Shown: positions 16,268 to 20,000 of the stretch, piece after piece
Layout of the letters: every line of letters starts with the position of its first letter
How positions within the stretch are numbered: the stretch's first letter is position 1
Origin: an uncultured virus (IMG/VR IMGVR_UViG_3300038464_000026)
Taxonomy: Duplodnaviria; Heunggongvirae; Uroviricota; Caudoviricetes; Crassvirales
IMG/VR virus record: IMGVR_UViG_3300038464_000026
Direction: 5' to 3' (one strand)
DNA length: 20,000 bases
Translations under genes and position numbers: made by a program
The notes under the pieces: generated by a model
What the model saw: the letters and a program-made list of their open reading frames with translations, nothing else
Database searches by the model: none
What the model was told of the DNA's origin: nothing

Positions 16268-18841
16268 TTATTTTTCTTCTATTTCAACATCTTTATTCCA
16301 AGATTTTGTTACATAGCCATCATTAGATGCCTTCATAGGTTCACCTTTTTCTAGTACATGTAATGTATTAATTAGTCCTTGATAGTTATTATTTTCATTA
16401 CCATTTACATAAAATCTATCAGTCTTATGCGTAGTTACACCATTTTTATCAGTAAAATCATATTCTAATACCCATGTAGCACCAGGAGATTCTTTACTAC
16501 CTTTTTCACTTAAAGTTTGAGGATTTCTAATTATTATATTTTTTGTATCAGATGTTGCAGAAGGTACACTAACTTCACCAAGACCATTCTCAGGAGCACT
16601 AACCATAGCGATTTGTCTCATAATACCTACTGTAGCTGGAGCAAATCCTTTAGTCATCTTTACTATATTTCTGTCATAAGCAGAACCACCTTCTATATAA
16701 AATGTTCTATATTTAGCATTATCCCTAACAAGGTCTTGTGCTATAGAAGCAGTACTACCACTTACATTAGGATTTTTATCTACAGTACGAGGATTAGTAT
16801 TCACAGAGTATAAATCTTCTAAAGTAATAGCTAATCCATTATGTATAGTACCATCATTCATAGTTCTAAGAGACCATCCTATACTTCCACTATTATGTAC
16901 TGTATTAACTACATCCATCATAGGTACTTGTTTTGTTTCGTATCCTCCTGGTTTATCTTTATTAGCTTTAGTTTTATCAAGAACTGTAACTAATGTACCA
17001 GGATGTACTTCATTACCTTCATTATCCCATATCCTATCTCTAAATTCTTGTCTCCCATTTTTACTTGTTATCTCTAAACTTTTAGTTAAATCTGCATCAA
17101 ATCCTTTTAGTATTGCTTTCTGCTCAGGTGTACCAGAAACAAAGTTATTAACTGTATAAGTAGGATTATAATCTTTAGCCATTCTTTCTATAACCTTAGA
17201 TACAGCATCTTTATCAGATTTAGAACTACCATAACCAAGTTTATCAGTCATACCAGCTTCTTGACTAGCCCTAGTTAATAAATCATCTGCTTCCTTCTTT
17301 ATAAATAGATTATTCTGATGTGTCATAACTTGTTCACCAAACCAATCAGCTTCTTTTTTACTAAGTTTTGTACCATTAGGTAAAGTATTATTATTTATAG
17401 GATTATCATCACCATTTTGTATTGAAGAAATAATACTTATTATACTCTTGAGTTTACTCTCTTTTTCAGTAGGAGTTCCTTCTAAAGTTGTATTAAACAC
17501 AGATTTATAAATATCACTATTTTTATCACTAAGATTATTTATTAATTTTTGATTAGCTGCTTCTGCATTAGAAGATTGTGCCATCACTTTTATAACAGAA
17601 GTTACACCTGCTGCTTTCTCAAATTTATCAGGTATAAACTTACTAGTAGGTACATTACTATATTTATAATCTTTGCTATCTAAATCCATCTTATTTACTT
17701 GCTTAATTTGATTAAGACCTTCATTAAATTCTAATTCTTTTTCTCTAACTCTATCTTCAACAACTTTCATGCTTGTTTGCTTAATAGCAAAAGGTATAGC
17801 ATAATTCTGTATATCCACTTTATACTGTGAAGCTAATTCATCATAATACTTTGCCTCTTTAGATTTGGCATCTAATCCTTTAATATTAACTCCACTATTG
17901 GTATATTCAGGTTTACCTTTAGCATCATAAGTTGTAATATATTCATCTCCTAACATATTATATTTGTTAGGATTAATAGTGACAAAATCCTTTGCAGTTA
18001 TACCTACTTCAGTACTTCCAAAATTATCTACTGTTGATTTAGGATTATACTTAGGTATACCATTTTCTTCACTTCTTTTATATTCAACATCATATAATTT
18101 ATTTAATGTCTCAAATCTTAACTGGTCTTGAACCTCTGGCTGCTTATATACATATTGTTCAATAGCATCTGTTAAAGATGATAATTTCCATTGTTTAGTT
18201 GTATATTGACCTAAAAATTGTGTTAGATTAGGGTCTATTCCTTTTCCTTTACCAAGAGAATCAGAAAATCTAATAAGACCACTTGGAGATTCTGTATAGA
18301 AACCTTTTAATTTCTCCATTACATCTAGTATTCTCTTAGGTACATCAATATGTTCTCTAGGTGCTATTGGACTAAATCTATTATTTATCATACCAGTCTT
18401 ATCATCTTTAGTTAATGGTTTCCTATTCATCTCTAATTCTCTATTTTGCCATGCTTTATAATCATCAGGTTCTTTAGATGACATTATTTCAGACTTATTT
18501 TTATTATAAGCTTCCCAATCAGATACAGCATAATGTAGCATTTTATCTTTACTATAATCCTTGATAGCACTAGATACAGCATCAGCACCTAAATCATACA
18601 TACCTGTATCAGTAACTTGTTTTAAGATACCATTAATTCTATCTTTAGATGCGTCTAATACAGGTTTATTTAAAGGGTCTACCTCTAAATTATCATACAT
18701 CATATCAAGTTTATCTTTTGTATCTTTAGTTTGAGCGTATCTCTGATTAAATGTAGAAACCATTTCCTTATATGCTTCTACAGGTTCAACAGAACCTTCT
18801 CTTTTAACATCATTATAATATAATTCTCCAAAATATGGCAT
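16268..18841 (-). CDS. 857-aa hypothetical protein, probable virion cargo/ejection protein
   Basis: Long ORF from ATG to TAA with 15-nt and 22-nt intergenic gaps. Helical, charged N-terminus and no recognisable catalytic motif. It lies directly upstream of the vRNAP gene, like cargo genes of crAss-like phages (function inferred from position). Confidence 0.85.
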   Translation of the reverse strand: MPYFGELYYNDVKREGSVEPVEAYKEMVSTFNQRYAQTKDTKDKLDMMYDNLEVDPLNKPVLDASKDRINGILKQVTDTGMYDLGADAVSSAIKDYSKDKMLHYAVSDWEAYNKNKSEIMSSKEPDDYKAWQNRELEMNRKPLTKDDKTGMINNRFSPIAPREHIDVPKRILDVMEKLKGFYTESPSGLIRFSDSLGKGKGIDPNLTQFLGQYTTKQWKLSSLTDAIEQYVYKQPEVQDQLRFETLNKLYDVEYKRSEENGIPKYNPKSTVDNFGSTEVGITAKDFVTINPNKYNMLGDEYITTYDAKGKPEYTNSGVNIKGLDAKSKEAKYYDELASQYKVDIQNYAIPFAIKQTSMKVVEDRVREKELEFNEGLNQIKQVNKMDLDSKDYKYSNVPTSKFIPDKFEKAAGVTSVIKVMAQSSNAEAANQKLINNLSDKNSDIYKSVFNTTLEGTPTEKESKLKSIISIISSIQNGDDNPINNNTLPNGTKLSKKEADWFGEQVMTHQNNLFIKKEADDLLTRASQEAGMTDKLGYGSSKSDKDAVSKVIERMAKDYNPTYTVNNFVSGTPEQKAILKGFDADLTKSLEITSKNGRQEFRDRIWDNEGNEVHPGTLVTVLDKTKANKDKPGGYETKQVPMMDVVNTVHNSGSIGWSLRTMNDGTIHNGLAITLEDLYSVNTNPRTVDKNPNVSGSTASIAQDLVRDNAKYRTFYIEGGSAYDRNIVKMTKGFAPATVGIMRQIAMVSAPENGLGEVSVPSATSDTKNIIIRNPQTLSEKGSKESPGATWVLEYDFTDKNGVTTHKTDRFYVNGNENNNYQGLINTLHVLEKGEPMKASNDGYVTKSWNKDVEIEEK

Positions 18842-18856
18842 AGTATATTGTATTAA

Positions 18857-20000
18857 TTATTTAAAATCTCCACTACTCCAATCAAGTTCAAATCTATCTC
18901 TTCTTGCATTAGGATATTTTTTACTATATTCATTCCAGAAACTCTCTTTATCTAATTTAGTACCAGTATTAGTAAGGTTGTTCCATAAATTTAACATATT
19001 AACTCTCTCTGGGTCATAAGCAGTTTCTTTATATACATTTAATTGCTTATTTTCTAAATTTATTTTATCTTGTCTATTTACTAAGTTTGAAGCTTGTTCT
19101 CCAACTTTATTATATAATTGAGATTCTTTACTTATAATATCCCTTATTCTAGCATCTTCATTCATATTATAAGTATCCATTTTACCTAAATTTCTATTAT
19201 TAACTTCAGTATTTAATTGAGATTGTGCCATTTCTCTTTCATTTTTAAAGTTTACTTGACTTTGATATAAAGCACCAAGTTTATCATCACTATCTAACAT
19301 ATTAGCTCTAGTTCTAGCAGAAGCAACATTACCACTACTAGTACCTTCTCTAATACTTCTATTCATAGTAGTTTGATTATCTTTTATATTCTTCTCAGAT
19401 TGGCTTATATCTAAATTCTTATTTAAAGTAGGTATCTGTTCCATATTAGGTAAAGGAAGTGCTTTACCTTTCAATTGATTAATTAAACCTTGATTAGCTA
19501 TATCTCCTATAAATGGAGTTAAATTAGCAAGTTTACTCCAAGTATTATCTGAATTAGATGAAGTATTATCTGAATTAGATGAAGTATTATTAGTATAACC
19601 ATTAGGATTACTAGGACTAGAAGGAATTGCTGGATTAGTGGGTTGGGCTTTAGTATTATTCATACTATAATTAGTAGCAGCAAATGTCTTATAATTATAC
19701 ATAGGGTCATTTATACTTTGATTATTCTCTGTTATTAAATCAGCATCAGTAGGAGTATGTTGAGCATCATAAGCTGTAATACTAACAGGACTATTATCAT
19801 CTTTATTATTAGGATTTAAAGGAACATACCCATCTTGTTGTTTTGCTACATTTGTTAAATCATCATCCCCCTTATAAAGTATTTTACCATAAGCAGCTTG
19901 TTTATCATTACTTTCAGGTTTCATTCTTTCTTGCATAGCTGGTAGCATAGACATTTTAGTATCTATTTTATCCATTTCTCTTTCAATAGTACCTCTTTTA
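18857..20000 (-). CDS. Probable virion cargo protein, likely 5'-truncated (at least 372 aa)
   Basis: The track ORF is 18857..19975, but the frame stays open upstream to the window edge (KRGTIERE-MDKID...), so Met 19975 may be internal. N/S/P-rich disordered middle, amphipathic WSKLANLTPFIGDIANQGLI, and an N/Q-rich helical C-terminus. Confidence 0.8.
   Translation of the reverse strand, partial: KRGTIEREMDKIDTKMSMLPAMQERMKPESNDKQAAYGKILYKGDDDLTNVAKQQDGYVPLNPNNKDDNSPVSITAYDAQHTPTDADLITENNQSINDPMYNYKTFAATNYSMNNTKAQPTNPAIPSSPSNPNGYTNNTSSNSDNTSSNSDNTWSKLANLTPFIGDIANQGLINQLKGKALPLPNMEQIPTLNKNLDISQSEKNIKDNQTTMNRSIREGTSSGNVASARTRANMLDSDDKLGALYQSQVNFKNEREMAQSQLNTEVNNRNLGKMDTYNMNEDARIRDIISKESQLYNKVGEQASNLVNRQDKINLENKQLNVYKETAYDPERVNMLNLWNNLTNTGTKLDKESFWNEYSKKYPNARRDRFELDWSSGDFK
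19540..19590. repeat. Perfect 21-bp in-frame tandem repeat, about 2.4 copies (encodes NTSSNSD)
   Basis: aagtattatctgaattagatg at 19540-19560 and 19561-19581, plus a partial aagtattat at 19582-19590. Confidence 0.95.

Noticed and set aside
1739..16813. Short plus-strand ORFs in the track (65-98 aa)
   Set aside because: They are antisense shadows of long minus-strand genes. Their L/S/F/I-rich composition is what the reverse complement of K/E/D/N-rich codons produces.
16246..18856. Promoters or terminators between genes
   Set aside because: The intergenic gaps are only 22 and 15 nt, with no hairpin or clear promoter consensus, consistent with one operon.
9364..19590. CRISPR array or DGR template/variable repeat
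   Set aside because: The only repeats noticed are short in-frame tandem duplications. There is no repeat-spacer periodicity and no long adenine-mismatched repeat pair.

Overview
AT-rich, minus-strand operon from a crAss-like (Crassvirales-type, probably Bacteroidota-infecting) phage, covering the virion cargo/RNA polymerase block. The main feature is missing from the supplied ORF track: one reading frame from ATG 16245 that runs off the left edge, giving more than 5,415 codons. I translated much of it by hand and found no stop. The track would also have listed it if a stop were present. From N to C terminus it encodes a Gly/Ala-rich hydrophobic membrane-type region, a helical/coiled-coil stalk, an unassigned region, a degenerate ParB/Srx-like domain, an 'EVQSDLFQ' domain of possible GNAT-like fold, zincin 1 (HEYLH), a fused two-barrel virion RNA polymerase with an unusual DNDSD catalytic loop, a tandem NADAR + macrodomain-like + DUF4326 cassette, and the start of zincin 2 (HEYG at the window edge). 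Upstream lie an 857-aa gene and a probably 5'-truncated gene of at least 372 aa, both likely cargo/ejection proteins. All domain calls come from manual motif recognition, not database searches, and the boundaries are approximate.
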